Notes: generated by a model not told the origin, from the letters alone. Positions 35,331 through 44,664 are shown, numbered from the stretch's first letter. The stretch: DNA of 64,000 nt from Pirellula sp. (GCA_041752005.1 JBGSHV010000015.1:22765-86764); one strand, 5' to 3'. Numbers and translations are program-made.

Positions 35331-36335
35331 ATGAAAGGTGACGATCTGTTCGAAAAAAGTGCCATGACCTTTGGCCAACACCTGGACGAACTTCGAATCG
35401 CGCTCGTCAAAGCTTCGATTTGGTTGGCCGTGGGGCTCGTGGTCGGTCTGCCGTTGGCCTCCTCCGTGGTACGGTACATGCAAGGTCCGCTCGAGGAATC
35501 GCTCGACAAGTACTATCGAAAACGGTCTGAAAAGGAGATGGCCGGCGCGTTGCAGGTCGATCAAGTCTCCAAACGACTGTCGGATTGGATGGAAGAAAAG
35601 AAGGTAGCCAGCCAAATCATTTGGGTCGACCCGCGGCGTTGGGACCACGGTTCCTCCGAGGATCTGGCGGTGCTAGAGAACCCTGACTCTGCCGGAGAAC
35701 CTGACCCGGCGTACATGATGCGGGTCCGGACCTTCGTACCGATCAAAGCCAGTACCGAAGCGCTGGGTCTGCAAGAACCTTTCATGATTTGGTTCAAAGC
35801 GGCCTTCGTGGTGGCGATCATCGTGGCCAGTCCCGGTATCTTTTATCACCTCTGGGAATTCACCTCGTCCGGTCTCTACCCACACGAGCGCCGCTACGTC
35901 TATTTTTTCCTCCCCGCCAGCTTGTTCCTGTTTTGGGCCGGAGCCAGCTTGGCTTTTTTCGTCATCTTCCGATTGGTTATCGACTTCTTACTCGACTTCA
36001 ATGCCAGCATGGGGATTGGCGCCTCGCCGCGCTTGACCGACTACATGTCCTTCGCACTGTTCCTGCCAATCGGCTTTGGGATTTCGTTTCAACTGCCGCT
36101 GGTCATGTTGGTGTTGGAAAGGTTAGGGATTTTTTCCGTCAAAACCTATTTGGCACAGTGGCGGATGGCGGTCCTCGTCATCGCCTTCATCTCGATGATC
36201 CTGACGCCGGCCGAAATCTCGAGCATGGTTGGCATGGCCGTACCACTCATCGGCCTTTACTTCCTAGGCATCGCTATGTGTTACTACCTACCTCGTAGTT
36301 CGATGCAGGGAAAGGCCATCGAAGATCCTCGATAA
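35331..36335 (+). CDS. tatC: Twin-arginine translocase subunit TatC, with an enlarged first periplasmic loop
   Basis: MTFGQHLDELRIALVKASIWLAVGLVVGL, SPGIFYHLWEFTSSGLYPHERRY, FGISFQLPLVMLVLERLGI, ILTPAEISSM. Confidence 0.88.
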   Translation: MKGDDLFEKSAMTFGQHLDELRIALVKASIWLAVGLVVGLPLASSVVRYMQGPLEESLDKYYRKRSEKEMAGALQVDQVSKRLSDWMEEKKVASQIIWVDPRRWDHGSSEDLAVLENPDSAGEPDPAYMMRVRTFVPIKASTEALGLQEPFMIWFKAAFVVAIIVASPGIFYHLWEFTSSGLYPHERRYVYFFLPASLFLFWAGASLAFFVIFRLVIDFLLDFNASMGIGASPRLTDYMSFALFLPIGFGISFQLPLVMLVLERLGIFSVKTYLAQWRMAVLVIAFISMILTPAEISSMVGMAVPLIGLYFLGIAMCYYLPRSSMQGKAIEDPR

Positions 36336-36385
36336 GAAACGGTAACACGCGGCAAGAACGACAACTCAATCCAATAGGGACGGCC

Positions 36386-37015
36386 ATGGACGATCACGAA
36401 ACGGAGGACGGGGACGCAAAGCCTGGAAAGGCCTTCGTAGACTTCCCGTTCTCGATTCGCTTGGCTCAGCGAAGCATCTTGATCGCCATCGCCATACCTA
36501 TCGTCTTACGAACCCTCTTGCGAGCTGGTGTACCTCGGCTTCGGCTGATAGTTGTGTGCGCTGCGGCGGTTTGCGGGGCGGTGGGTTTGATCGCTACTTA
36601 CTACGCAGTGATTCGCTATCCCTACATGGGCTTGGTCGATGCCGCCGATGGTGATCTGTTTTCTAAGTACATCGAAGCCCGGCCGAAGTGGATGATGGTT
36701 TTCGTAAAAATTGCGGGTTTGATCGGGACCGTCGCCGCCGTTGTCGTGCCGTTTACCGATGGACAACTTTCCGACGCGGAGGTTTGGATGGTGTTGTACG
36801 CCCTATCTCTCTTGGGCTTTTTCATCTTCCTGTCGTTTTTCTATTCCCGCGAGGATTACCCAACTGTGGCCACGTTTCTACGGTGCAGCATGGGCATGGG
36901 TATCTTTGTCTATCCGATCTTTATCCCAGCCTTGCTTCTGGGTTCGATGCGAGGTCGTATGCTGCTGGACAACGCGACGGCTCAGATCGAAGCGGATCGT
37001 CGCCGGACCTACTAA
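36386..37015 (+). CDS. Hypothetical membrane protein (about 5-6 TM)
   Basis: Hydrophobic helices SILIAIAIPIVLRTLL, LIVVCAAAVCGAVGLIATYYAVI, MMVFVKIAGLIGTVAAVVVPF, VWMVLYALSLLGFFIFLSFFY and MGIFVYPIFIPALLLG. Confidence 0.6.
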   Translation: MDDHETEDGDAKPGKAFVDFPFSIRLAQRSILIAIAIPIVLRTLLRAGVPRLRLIVVCAAAVCGAVGLIATYYAVIRYPYMGLVDAADGDLFSKYIEARPKWMMVFVKIAGLIGTVAAVVVPFTDGQLSDAEVWMVLYALSLLGFFIFLSFFYSREDYPTVATFLRCSMGMGIFVYPIFIPALLLGSMRGRMLLDNATAQIEADRRRTY

Positions 37016-37109
37016 AGTAGGTCGTATCTTCGAGCCGATCGACGCTGGGGCTTGGCTTGGATTGCCTGTGTTTTGCAGCATCCCTCGTATTCGAAGGAAA
37101 CTGATGTAC

Positions 37110-37177
37110 GAGCACGAGCACGGAGCACGAGTTCGAGCACGAGCACGAGCACGAGCACGAGTTCGAGCACGGAGCAT
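37110..37177. repeat. Imperfect (GAGCAC)n hexanucleotide microsatellite in a convergent intergenic region
   Basis: There are eleven hexamer units (GAGCAC, with GAGTTC and GAGCAT variants) interrupted by two single-G insertions. The 18-mer GAGCACGAGTTCGAGCAC occurs twice. Confidence 0.85.
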
Positions 37178-37187
37178 GGGTACTGTT

Positions 37188-37967
37188 TTAGGTCCGCTTG
37201 AGGATGTAGACCACGTCTTCGGTTGATTCGTCGATTTCGATAGGAGCGTTGGCTTCGTAGCTGAAGTCATACGTTTCTGCGATCGTCCATTCCGGTACCT
37301 TCTTCAACATGGCCGCGAACTGACGGTAGGTGTAGCTGCGAAGAACCAAACAGTCGTCGATCCGTTTCGAAGAGGTGGGCGTGAGGATATCGAACCGAAT
37401 ATTGAACCTCTCGATCCGAGTCTTCGGATTCTTGTCGCGAGGCCACATGCTCGTGTTGACCTGCAAGTGACCGCGGCGAGCGCTCCAGCTTTCTTCGTCC
37501 GTCGTCGGTCCTTCGAGCGGCGTCAAATGAAAACCCAAGGCATAAATGCCGCCGGATCGAATCGCCGCAGCCATGGCTCGCAGATGCGCGACCGCCATGG
37601 CTTCGGTGGTCAAGTGACGAAAGGAGTTGATGGTATTGAACGCCGCGTCGAAAGGCTTGGCGACGGTAAAGTCGCACATGTCGCCCACCCAAGCTGTCTC
37701 ACGAAATCCATGCCGTTGCAATCGGGCGTTGCAGAATTCCACTGCCTTCTCGTTAAGGTCCAAGCCTTCGCAGTGGTAACCTGCCTTGAGCATCCGGAAC
37801 ATCAACCTACCCGTTCCGCAAGCCGGCTCGAGCAACCGCCGCGTCTTGCCCCGAACATGCTGACCAAAGACCTCGGTCAGGAAGCGATACTCCGCCACCC
37901 AGTCGCTGCCAAAAATCAAGTCGTAGTAGCGGGGATGATCGTAAATGCTTTCCGCAACGGTTTGCAT
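37188..37967 (-). CDS. Class I SAM-dependent methyltransferase
   Basis: Motif I LLEPACGTGRLMFRMLKAGYHCEGLDLN and post-I/II motifs (FDAAFNTINSFRHL). Confidence 0.85.
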   Translation of the reverse strand: MQTVAESIYDHPRYYDLIFGSDWVAEYRFLTEVFGQHVRGKTRRLLEPACGTGRLMFRMLKAGYHCEGLDLNEKAVEFCNARLQRHGFRETAWVGDMCDFTVAKPFDAAFNTINSFRHLTTEAMAVAHLRAMAAAIRSGGIYALGFHLTPLEGPTTDEESWSARRGHLQVNTSMWPRDKNPKTRIERFNIRFDILTPTSSKRIDDCLVLRSYTYRQFAAMLKKVPEWTIAETYDFSYEANAPIEIDESTEDVVYILKRT

Positions 37968-38270
37968 GATGAATTCGGCAGGTCGTAGGAGGTTCGGTCA
38001 TGGTGGGTAGCGCTCGGCGAGATTCTAACGCGGACGGAAGCGTTTGCCACGCCTGGGAAAATCACATCTTAGATCCAGCCATTTCGTTCGTGTTGCCGCC
38101 GCAATCCGAATCGTGACTCAGCAATCGCGGTGGATTCAACCACCGACGCACCGCTCCATCGCTCGAATCGACCGCCAGGTTGCTATACTTGCACGCGCCT
38201 CCAACAACGAGTTTCGCGATCGCTAGGATTTGGAATGTGATCGCACGCGCATGAATGCTTTTGGATTCGG

Positions 38271-39182
38271 ATGCCTGCCATGGATGAAGCCTCGTTCAGC
38301 TACCAAGTCACGCACAAAACGCATTACGAATACACCGTCGAAAGCTCGCTCTGCCACAACCAAATGCATCTCCAGCCGCGCATGCTGCTCGAGCAACGCG
38401 TCAGCCAATCGCTGATCGAGATCCATCCGCGGCCAGCCTGCCGCTTCCAATGGCTCGACACCTTTGGCAACCACGTCGAGTTCTTTAGCATCGAGGAGTT
38501 GCACGAAAGCTTGACCGTCACGTCCAAGAGTCTGATCGAGCGCCGTTCGATCGCCTTGCCCAATCATTCAGGAGTCCTTTGGCCACAACTCGAACTATGG
38601 ATGGCAAACTCCCAAGATCCAGCAGCCTTGGCCGCCAAGGAATTCCTCTATGACTCCCGCTACTGCCAGTCCGGGGGGGATTTCCTGCAGTACGCATTGG
38701 GAATCGTCGACCGACAATTCGACATCATCGAAGCTTCGCTCCGACTCAGTAGTGCGATCTACGACGAGTTTCAGTACCTGCCCGAATCCACGCACGTCAC
38801 CACCCAACCTTTGGACGTTTTGGCCAAGCGGCGCGGGGTGTGTCAGGACTTTGCACATGTTCTGATCTGTTGCTTGAGGTCGCTTGGGATCCCTGCTCGC
38901 TACGTTAGCGGCTACCTGCTAACTCAACCGCCACCGGGCAAACCCAAACTCGTCGGGGCGGATGCGTCGCATGCCTGGGTAAGCGCTTTCACGGGTCCAA
39001 CCGGTTGGCTCGATCTGGATCCAACCAACAACGTCGTGCCGGGCCTCGAACATATCACGGTCGCTTGGGGACGTGACTACGCCGACGTCGCCCCCATCCA
39101 AGGCGTGTATGTCGGAGGCGGCTTTACTTCTCTCAATGTCTCGGTCGATGTATCGCTAGCAAATGATTCCACGATCGACTGA
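38271..39182 (+). CDS. Transglutaminase-like cysteine protease family protein (with Bact_transglu_N-type N-terminal domain)
   Basis: YQVTHKTHYEY at the N terminus. Core RRGVCQDFAHVLICCLRSLGIPARYVSGY, DASHAWVSAF, WLDLDPTN (Cys-His-Asp). Confidence 0.88.
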   Translation: MPAMDEASFSYQVTHKTHYEYTVESSLCHNQMHLQPRMLLEQRVSQSLIEIHPRPACRFQWLDTFGNHVEFFSIEELHESLTVTSKSLIERRSIALPNHSGVLWPQLELWMANSQDPAALAAKEFLYDSRYCQSGGDFLQYALGIVDRQFDIIEASLRLSSAIYDEFQYLPESTHVTTQPLDVLAKRRGVCQDFAHVLICCLRSLGIPARYVSGYLLTQPPPGKPKLVGADASHAWVSAFTGPTGWLDLDPTNNVVPGLEHITVAWGRDYADVAPIQGVYVGGGFTSLNVSVDVSLANDSTID

Positions 39183-39295
39183 TCTTGTGCTCAACGAGTC
39201 AACCTTGCAAACTCCCTGACGGTCGCCCAAGGAAGGGTCGACACCCTGCCTGCTGGGGGCTACTCATAGGTTTGGACTGATAAGGATCCGTTGCG

Positions 39296-40528
39296 ATGTG
39301 GAATTCGGCACTTGCGTCCTGGGTCATGTTGGGTTGCGTCATCGTCCACGCGCCCTGCTTGATGGCCGGGACCATCGGTGATTGCATTGCCTTGGAATTT
39401 GTCTCGTCAGGCTGCCCTAAGTGCAATGAAATGAATCAGTCCGTCGAAACGGCACTTGAGTATGGCTGGGTGGCTCGCCGTATCGAAGTGAATGCAGATC
39501 CCTACACTGCCCAACGCTGGCGCATTCACTCGACTCCGACCACGCTGTTGATTCGGGATGGTCGGGAAGTCGATCGCATCCTGGGTCCGATTCCTTTCGA
39601 GGCGTTGTCGCAGCGCATGCTGGCCGCTTCGAGCCAGGATCGATTAAAAGAAACCCAATTCGCGACGCCGATGGGGGTGCCACTCCAAAGTGTTCAAGCC
39701 ATCGAAACGAGCACACCGTGGCCGGAATCGCGATCTCCAAGCCCAACCGCCGATCCTATTCGAAGTGCGGTCAGTAGTCCTGTCGGCAACCCCAAGGCGC
39801 TGGCTCAATCGGCCACCGTCCGCATTCGGATCGACGAACCGGAGCAGCAAGCAGTTGGAACTGGCACCATTATCGACAATACCAACGGCGAAGCGTTGGT
39901 CATGACGTGTGGCCATCTGTTTCGCAATCTCGGCCCCAATGCGCGGGTGCTGATCGAATTGTTTGAGGGTAATCAAGCCGTTGTGTATCCCGCCCAAGTC
40001 ATCGATTTCCAAGCCGACGACCCTGACATCGGTCTACTATCCTTTCGACCTGGTCGACCCGTTCCATCGGTCCCACTCAAACCGAGTTCGCAACCGCTTC
40101 GCGAAGGCGAGTCCGTCTTCAGTTTAGGCTGCGATCACGGTCAAGATCCTACGCGACGCGACACGCGCATTACCAAACTCAACCGTTATCAAGGCGCTCC
40201 CAATGTTGAGATTGCGGGAATGCCCGTTCAAGGTCGAAGCGGCGGTGGGTTGTTCAATCAAGCGGGAGAATTGATCGGCGTTTGCAATGCAGCGGATAGC
40301 GAACTCGACGAAGGCCTCTACAGCGGGCCAGAAGTGCTCTACCAACAAATCGCCAAGCTCGGATTGGATCGCCTCTACGACCGAAAGGTTGCTCCGAGTG
40401 TGGCTTCAAAGTCCATTACTGTCATTGTCCGTGAAGCCAACGGTGGCGAGCGCCACCTGCAAATTCAAGATCCGAGTCCCGCACTCCTTCAAGCGATCCA
40501 CAGCGAAGGCTATGCCGTTGCTCGGTAA
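39296..40528 (+). CDS. Thioredoxin-fold domain fused to a trypsin-like serine protease domain (secreted)
   Basis: N-terminal CPKC motif with WRIHSTPTTLLIRDGREVDRILG (thioredoxin-like). Then TVRIRI...GTGTIID...LVMTCGHLF (His) and GRSGGGLFNQAGELIGVCNA (GxSGG Ser). Confidence 0.8.
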   Translation: MWNSALASWVMLGCVIVHAPCLMAGTIGDCIALEFVSSGCPKCNEMNQSVETALEYGWVARRIEVNADPYTAQRWRIHSTPTTLLIRDGREVDRILGPIPFEALSQRMLAASSQDRLKETQFATPMGVPLQSVQAIETSTPWPESRSPSPTADPIRSAVSSPVGNPKALAQSATVRIRIDEPEQQAVGTGTIIDNTNGEALVMTCGHLFRNLGPNARVLIELFEGNQAVVYPAQVIDFQADDPDIGLLSFRPGRPVPSVPLKPSSQPLREGESVFSLGCDHGQDPTRRDTRITKLNRYQGAPNVEIAGMPVQGRSGGGLFNQAGELIGVCNAADSELDEGLYSGPEVLYQQIAKLGLDRLYDRKVAPSVASKSITVIVREANGGERHLQIQDPSPALLQAIHSEGYAVAR

Positions 40529-40547
40529 TCGAATCCCAACTCGATTC

Positions 40548-41480
40548 ATGATCGTATCGATGCTATCTCGAGGAATTCCAATAGGCTGCGGACGTCCGTC
40601 GGGACGCCGTTGCGCGTGGGGAATGCTTTGCCTCGTGGCCTTGATCGGTTCCGCCGCCCCTGGCTGCGGAACCACCAAATCGGTGACCGCCACCGAACAA
40701 TTGTTGATGTCCGACGCGGTCGACTCCACCATCTCAAAAATCGATTTTCGACCTTTGAACGGGTACAAGATCTATCTCGACACAACCTATGTAGCCCCTG
40801 CGGGCAAGCCCATTCCGGGCGTAGCCATGCCAGTCAATTTGGTCACGTCGGATTACATCATTAGCGCCCTTCGCCAGCAACTCACGGCCGCCGGTTGCAT
40901 GCTAGTCGATAGCCGCGATACCGCCGACATCATCTGCGAGGCCCGTTGCGGCGCTTTGGGAACCGATGGTCACAACGTGATCTATGGTTTGCCTGCTAAC
41001 AATGTCCTCAACAGCGCCTCGGTCTTTGTCGCCAGCGCTCAGAATCTACCAACCATTCCCGAACTCTCACTCGCCCGTCGGGAGGTCAAAAGCGCGGCTG
41101 CCAAGGTCGCGGTCTTTGCCTACGACCGTGAAACACGCGAACCGCTTTGGCAATCCGGCATCGCGCAGGCAGGCAGCAACGCGCGCGATACATGGGTGAT
41201 GGGCGTCGGGCCGATCCAGTATGGGACCATCTACCGGGGAACTCGCTTTGCCGGCAAACGCTTCGGGAAACCGAATACAAGCGCCGAACCGTCGGCCGTA
41301 GCCGAGGTCAATACCGGCATCGACCATCGCAGCCAGCATCTCTTTGCAAACCAACTCTTCGGCAACGGCGGATTGGAAGCCGCAACGGCGACCGCCAAAG
41401 CGCAAAACCCTGACGCCAAACCGCAGGATAGTTCCCAACCTGCCCAGGCCGCCGCGCCTGGCGGAACCGTGGCGCGGTAA
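40548..41480 (+). CDS. Lipoprotein, hypothetical
   Basis: Lipobox LIGSAAPGC after the basic n-region RPSGRRCAWGML. It starts 20 nt after the preceding stop. The track extension to 40287 overlaps the protease gene. Confidence 0.7.
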   Translation: MIVSMLSRGIPIGCGRPSGRRCAWGMLCLVALIGSAAPGCGTTKSVTATEQLLMSDAVDSTISKIDFRPLNGYKIYLDTTYVAPAGKPIPGVAMPVNLVTSDYIISALRQQLTAAGCMLVDSRDTADIICEARCGALGTDGHNVIYGLPANNVLNSASVFVASAQNLPTIPELSLARREVKSAAAKVAVFAYDRETREPLWQSGIAQAGSNARDTWVMGVGPIQYGTIYRGTRFAGKRFGKPNTSAEPSAVAEVNTGIDHRSQHLFANQLFGNGGLEAATATAKAQNPDAKPQDSSQPAQAAAPGGTVAR

Positions 41481-41739
41481 TTCACCTGAAGCTCGTTCAT
41501 TCACGGTAGCTCGGCAAGCAACGGTAACGCGCTGGCTACGTGCGGTGTTGCGGCCGTTTGCCTGCGTCGCGGATCAATCGGCACAAATATCTCTTTTTTC
41601 CTAATCGGCAAAGTCGCATCGCGCCGATCTTTCTTAGGTGCCAAGACGGAGAAAATAGAGCACGTGCCGCTGACTGAGTTCCGTGACTCGAATCGCCGAC
41701 GCGTGGATAGATGTTCGTGCCAGACGGAATTCCGTCCCG

Positions 41740-42891
41740 ATGTTGCTCGACCAAACACACACAAACCATGGATTGCCCGAGACGCTGCGAGAGCGAACTT
41801 GGTTGCTGGCATTGCTGCTGTGCTGTGCCGCGAGCGGCTGCACCCTTCTGCCAGATGTGCGTCACAAGCCACAGTATCACAACCCCTTTCCGCAGTTGAC
41901 TCGGGTTGCAATCTTGCCTTTTCGCAATCAAAGCCAGGAGCCGACGCTGAGCGGCTCTCGCGTTTCATTGGCTTATTACGATGAGTTGCAAGCCATCCCA
42001 GGCTTTGAGGTCTTGCCGACGGGAGTCGTCGAGAACCAGTGGAATTTCTACGAAACCAACGTCCTGCGACAATCCGCAGCTACGGCTGAGGACTTCCAGA
42101 GATTCGCGCAGTTCCTCGGCGTCGACGCGGTCCTCCAAGGTGCCATCACCGATTACGAACCCTACTATCCGCCGAGGATGACCCTCAAGGTAAATTGGTA
42201 CGCAGCCAACCCGGGCTTTCATCCGATCCCAGCCGGATATGGTTTGCCGTGGGGAACCAAGGCGGAGAAGAAGATACCGAAAGCCATTCGCTTGGAAGCC
42301 GAACGCGCATTGGCGCGCGAGCAACTGAAAACGCAAACGCCAGACGTGAACAACAGCCCACCCATCGGCACTGGCGCACCGCAACCAACGCCAGTTCCCC
42401 CTGCGAGCGAGATCGCTCCCCAGGAAGAACTTTCCGAACCCAATGTGCAGGAGTCGGTCTCGAATGCCGCATTCACAACCAAGATCGATGTCCTCCCCGA
42501 ACCGGCTTTGATGCCCCCGTCAATGCTCGATCCGGAGCATGAGAACTTAGGTCCGTCGAGCTCGCTTCCCGACGCTTGGCCCGATCCGGAAGGCTTTGTG
42601 CCAGCAAAACCTAGCCGAACCAAGCCGGAAATGATCCCTCAGTACGAGCCCGTTCTGTCGCACATGAAGGCTTATAACGGAAGTGACGAAGATTTCACGC
42701 AAGCACTTGGGGAGTACTTTTACTTTCGTGACGACGCGCGGTTTGGAGGCTGGCAAGCGTATCTCCAACGCAGCGAAGACTTTATAAGATTCTGCTGTCA
42801 CCGGCATGTGGTCGAAACACTCGCCGCACGCGGCGGGCAGTTAGAAAGTCAAATGATCCTGAGATGGCCCATCGGTCGATACGAACGCTAG
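41740..42891 (+). CDS. Lipoprotein with an LpoB/CsgG/TolB-N-like N-terminal module, a proline-rich linker and a C-terminal domain
   Basis: Lipobox LLCCAASGC. VAILPFRNQSQEPTLSGSRVSLAYYDELQAIPGFEVLP follows the vAvlPF.N.s......g..la..l...L......f.vv pattern. The Pro-rich stretch is GAPQPTPVPPASEIAPQEE. Confidence 0.7.
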   Translation: MLLDQTHTNHGLPETLRERTWLLALLLCCAASGCTLLPDVRHKPQYHNPFPQLTRVAILPFRNQSQEPTLSGSRVSLAYYDELQAIPGFEVLPTGVVENQWNFYETNVLRQSAATAEDFQRFAQFLGVDAVLQGAITDYEPYYPPRMTLKVNWYAANPGFHPIPAGYGLPWGTKAEKKIPKAIRLEAERALAREQLKTQTPDVNNSPPIGTGAPQPTPVPPASEIAPQEELSEPNVQESVSNAAFTTKIDVLPEPALMPPSMLDPEHENLGPSSSLPDAWPDPEGFVPAKPSRTKPEMIPQYEPVLSHMKAYNGSDEDFTQALGEYFYFRDDARFGGWQAYLQRSEDFIRFCCHRHVVETLAARGGQLESQMILRWPIGRYER

Positions 42892-42944
42892 TTGCGGAAC
42901 GGCACGCCGCACCAACGTTCGAAATCTCGGCACGGAATGGACCT

Positions 42945-43274
42945 ATGAGCGGCGAAGTCAACGTCGTTGCGCTAACGCGCGGCGAAGAGCGGTATGTTTT
43001 TCTATTCGACGAATCGACACGCACCGATTTGCTTCGGATGCTCGGTCGTTATGCTGCCGATCCACAGCTATCGTTCACTTGGTATGACGCCGCGTTTCTC
43101 AGCCAGAAGATCCGCGAGATGATGCCGGCAGCGGTCATGCACGGAGTTGCGGGCAGCGCCAAGACGGCAACATCGACCGGCCGACATACCAGGCAGCCCA
43201 TGCCCGTCCAGGATTCGCCTGGTGGGGGAACGATGCGTCGCCCACAATCGACGCCGCGCTTTCAATTTCCGTAG
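42945..43274 (+). CDS. Small hypothetical protein
   Basis: ATG 42945 lies downstream of the lipoprotein stop. The first ~60 aa look globular (VVALTRGEERYVFLFDESTRTDLLRMLGRYAADPQLSFTWYDAAFL) and the tail looks disordered. No homology recognised. Confidence 0.45.
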   Translation: MSGEVNVVALTRGEERYVFLFDESTRTDLLRMLGRYAADPQLSFTWYDAAFLSQKIREMMPAAVMHGVAGSAKTATSTGRHTRQPMPVQDSPGGGTMRRPQSTPRFQFP

Positions 43275-43311
43275 AAAGACTTTTCGCTCTTCGTATGCCT
43301 AAAGTAGCCTG

Positions 43312-44034
43312 TCAACGATTCGTTGTGCCGGGTAGGGTCGGCGTCGGCGGAGACTGCGCCATGCGGACATTGAGCGCCCCGATGCGCTGATAGAGTTCGG
43401 GCTGCGTGGCGTTGAGTGCGAGGCTCTGCTGATAATTCTGGACGGCCTGCATGAGATCCCCTGAGGATTCGCGGAGGCGGCCTTTGAACGCCCAGGCTCG
43501 GAAGTTGTTGGGGTCCATCGCTAAGGCCTCATTGAGATACTGCTCAGCGATCTTGTTCTGATTGAATTCTAAATTCATGCGCGCCAGTTCGATCCGGGGT
43601 TCTGCCATGCTGGGATTGTTGGCAGCCCAGTTCTTGAGCAGCGTGAAGCCTTTGTCAGGTTGGCCTTTGTCCACCAATAGAACTGCCAAACCTCGATGGC
43701 AATCGACGTGGTTGGGGGAGAGGTCCAAACACTGGTTGTACATCGCCTCGGCATTCCCGAGCATCTTTTCATCTTTGGCCGCCACCCCAAGTTTGTGGTA
43801 AGTCGATGCCAGGTTGTAGTAGGTATCGGGATTGGCAGCGTCGTTTTGCTTGGCTTGTTCAAAGTACTGCAAGGCCTCCGCGTATCGCCCTTGATTGAAC
43901 AGCGAGACGCCTTGACCGTTCTTATTCATGCTCCCGAATTGATGGCAGCCAGAAAGACAAGCGATGGCCCCGATGGTCAAGGCCGCGCAAGTTTTCCTGA
44001 GCCTGGCGAGTCGATGTTGGGCGAAGAATGGCAT
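43312..44034 (-). CDS. TPR-repeat lipoprotein
   Basis: Lipobox IACLSGC. At least five TPR-like units (YAEALQYFEQAKQNDAANPDTYYNLASTYHKLG, AEAMYNQCLDLSPNHVDCHRGLAVLLVDKGQ, etc.). Confidence 0.85.
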   Translation of the reverse strand: MPFFAQHRLARLRKTCAALTIGAIACLSGCHQFGSMNKNGQGVSLFNQGRYAEALQYFEQAKQNDAANPDTYYNLASTYHKLGVAAKDEKMLGNAEAMYNQCLDLSPNHVDCHRGLAVLLVDKGQPDKGFTLLKNWAANNPSMAEPRIELARMNLEFNQNKIAEQYLNEALAMDPNNFRAWAFKGRLRESSGDLMQAVQNYQQSLALNATQPELYQRIGALNVRMAQSPPTPTLPGTTNR

Positions 44035-44226
44035 GTTGGCCTCGGCTGGACAAACGGTACGAACGAAGCGCGCGGCGTGGCGAATGAGCATGACATAGCA
44101 GGCGAATACTCTCCAAATCAATACAGATTGCCCGATCCCCTCCAATTTGCCTGGTCCTTACGGCCCGCAACCGATGCTCCCCAGTCCCATGTACGCACGT
44201 TGACCGCGTCATCTCACGGCCGAAAG

Positions 44227-44276
44227 TATGCCGATCGAAAACGCAGGTCGATCGAAAACGTATGCCGATCGAAAGG
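44227..44276 (+). repeat. Three direct copies of a CGATCGAAA core (two as TATGCCGATCGAAA) upstream of a small secreted-protein gene
   Basis: TATGCCGATCGAAAACG / TCGATCGAAAACG / TATGCCGATCGAAAGGG, spaced 13-21 nt start-to-start. They end ~55 nt before ATG 44332. Confidence 0.7.
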
Positions 44277-44331
44277 GTAGGTTCGCTCGATTTCGCCGGA
44301 AACGTTGGATCATCGCTTAGGAGGGATTCGG

Positions 44332-44664
44332 ATGTCGATTCGCGTGTTGGCTATGGTGGCGGTCATGCTTTCATCCTCGGTAGCGCTGGGGCAATTCCCA
44401 GGAGACTTCAAAGCCGCTTTGCAAGCGTTTGGGCGATACCACGGTTTCGGATACGGACCGGGTTATCACCAGCGGGGCGCGACGAGTCCGTTAAAGCCGC
44501 AGCTTCATGGCCGCGTGCATCACTCCTATGGTTCGACGATTCCCAACCTTTCAACGCTCCACAATCAGCCCCTAGGGCCCGCGGTTCGCGGCCCGATAAT
44601 CAGCGACCCAATGCCCTACGGCTCGATAGCGGACGAACTTCCGACGGCGATTCCTAGTCGGTGA
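44332..44664 (+). CDS. Small secreted Gly/His/Pro-rich hypothetical protein
   Basis: GGAGGG lies upstream of ATG 44332. Signal MSIRVLAMVAVMLSSSVALGQ. GFGYGPGYHQRG. Confidence 0.5.
   Translation: MSIRVLAMVAVMLSSSVALGQFPGDFKAALQAFGRYHGFGYGPGYHQRGATSPLKPQLHGRVHHSYGSTIPNLSTLHNQPLGPAVRGPIISDPMPYGSIADELPTAIPSR

Noticed and set aside
37104-37226. Peptide-coding reading of the (GAGCAC)n array (Glu-His or Arg-Ala repeats)
   Set aside because: Two single-nucleotide insertions shift the frame inside the array, so no single repeat peptide is maintained. The enclosing track ORFs (36741..37226 plus strand, 36878..37270 minus strand) overlap real genes.
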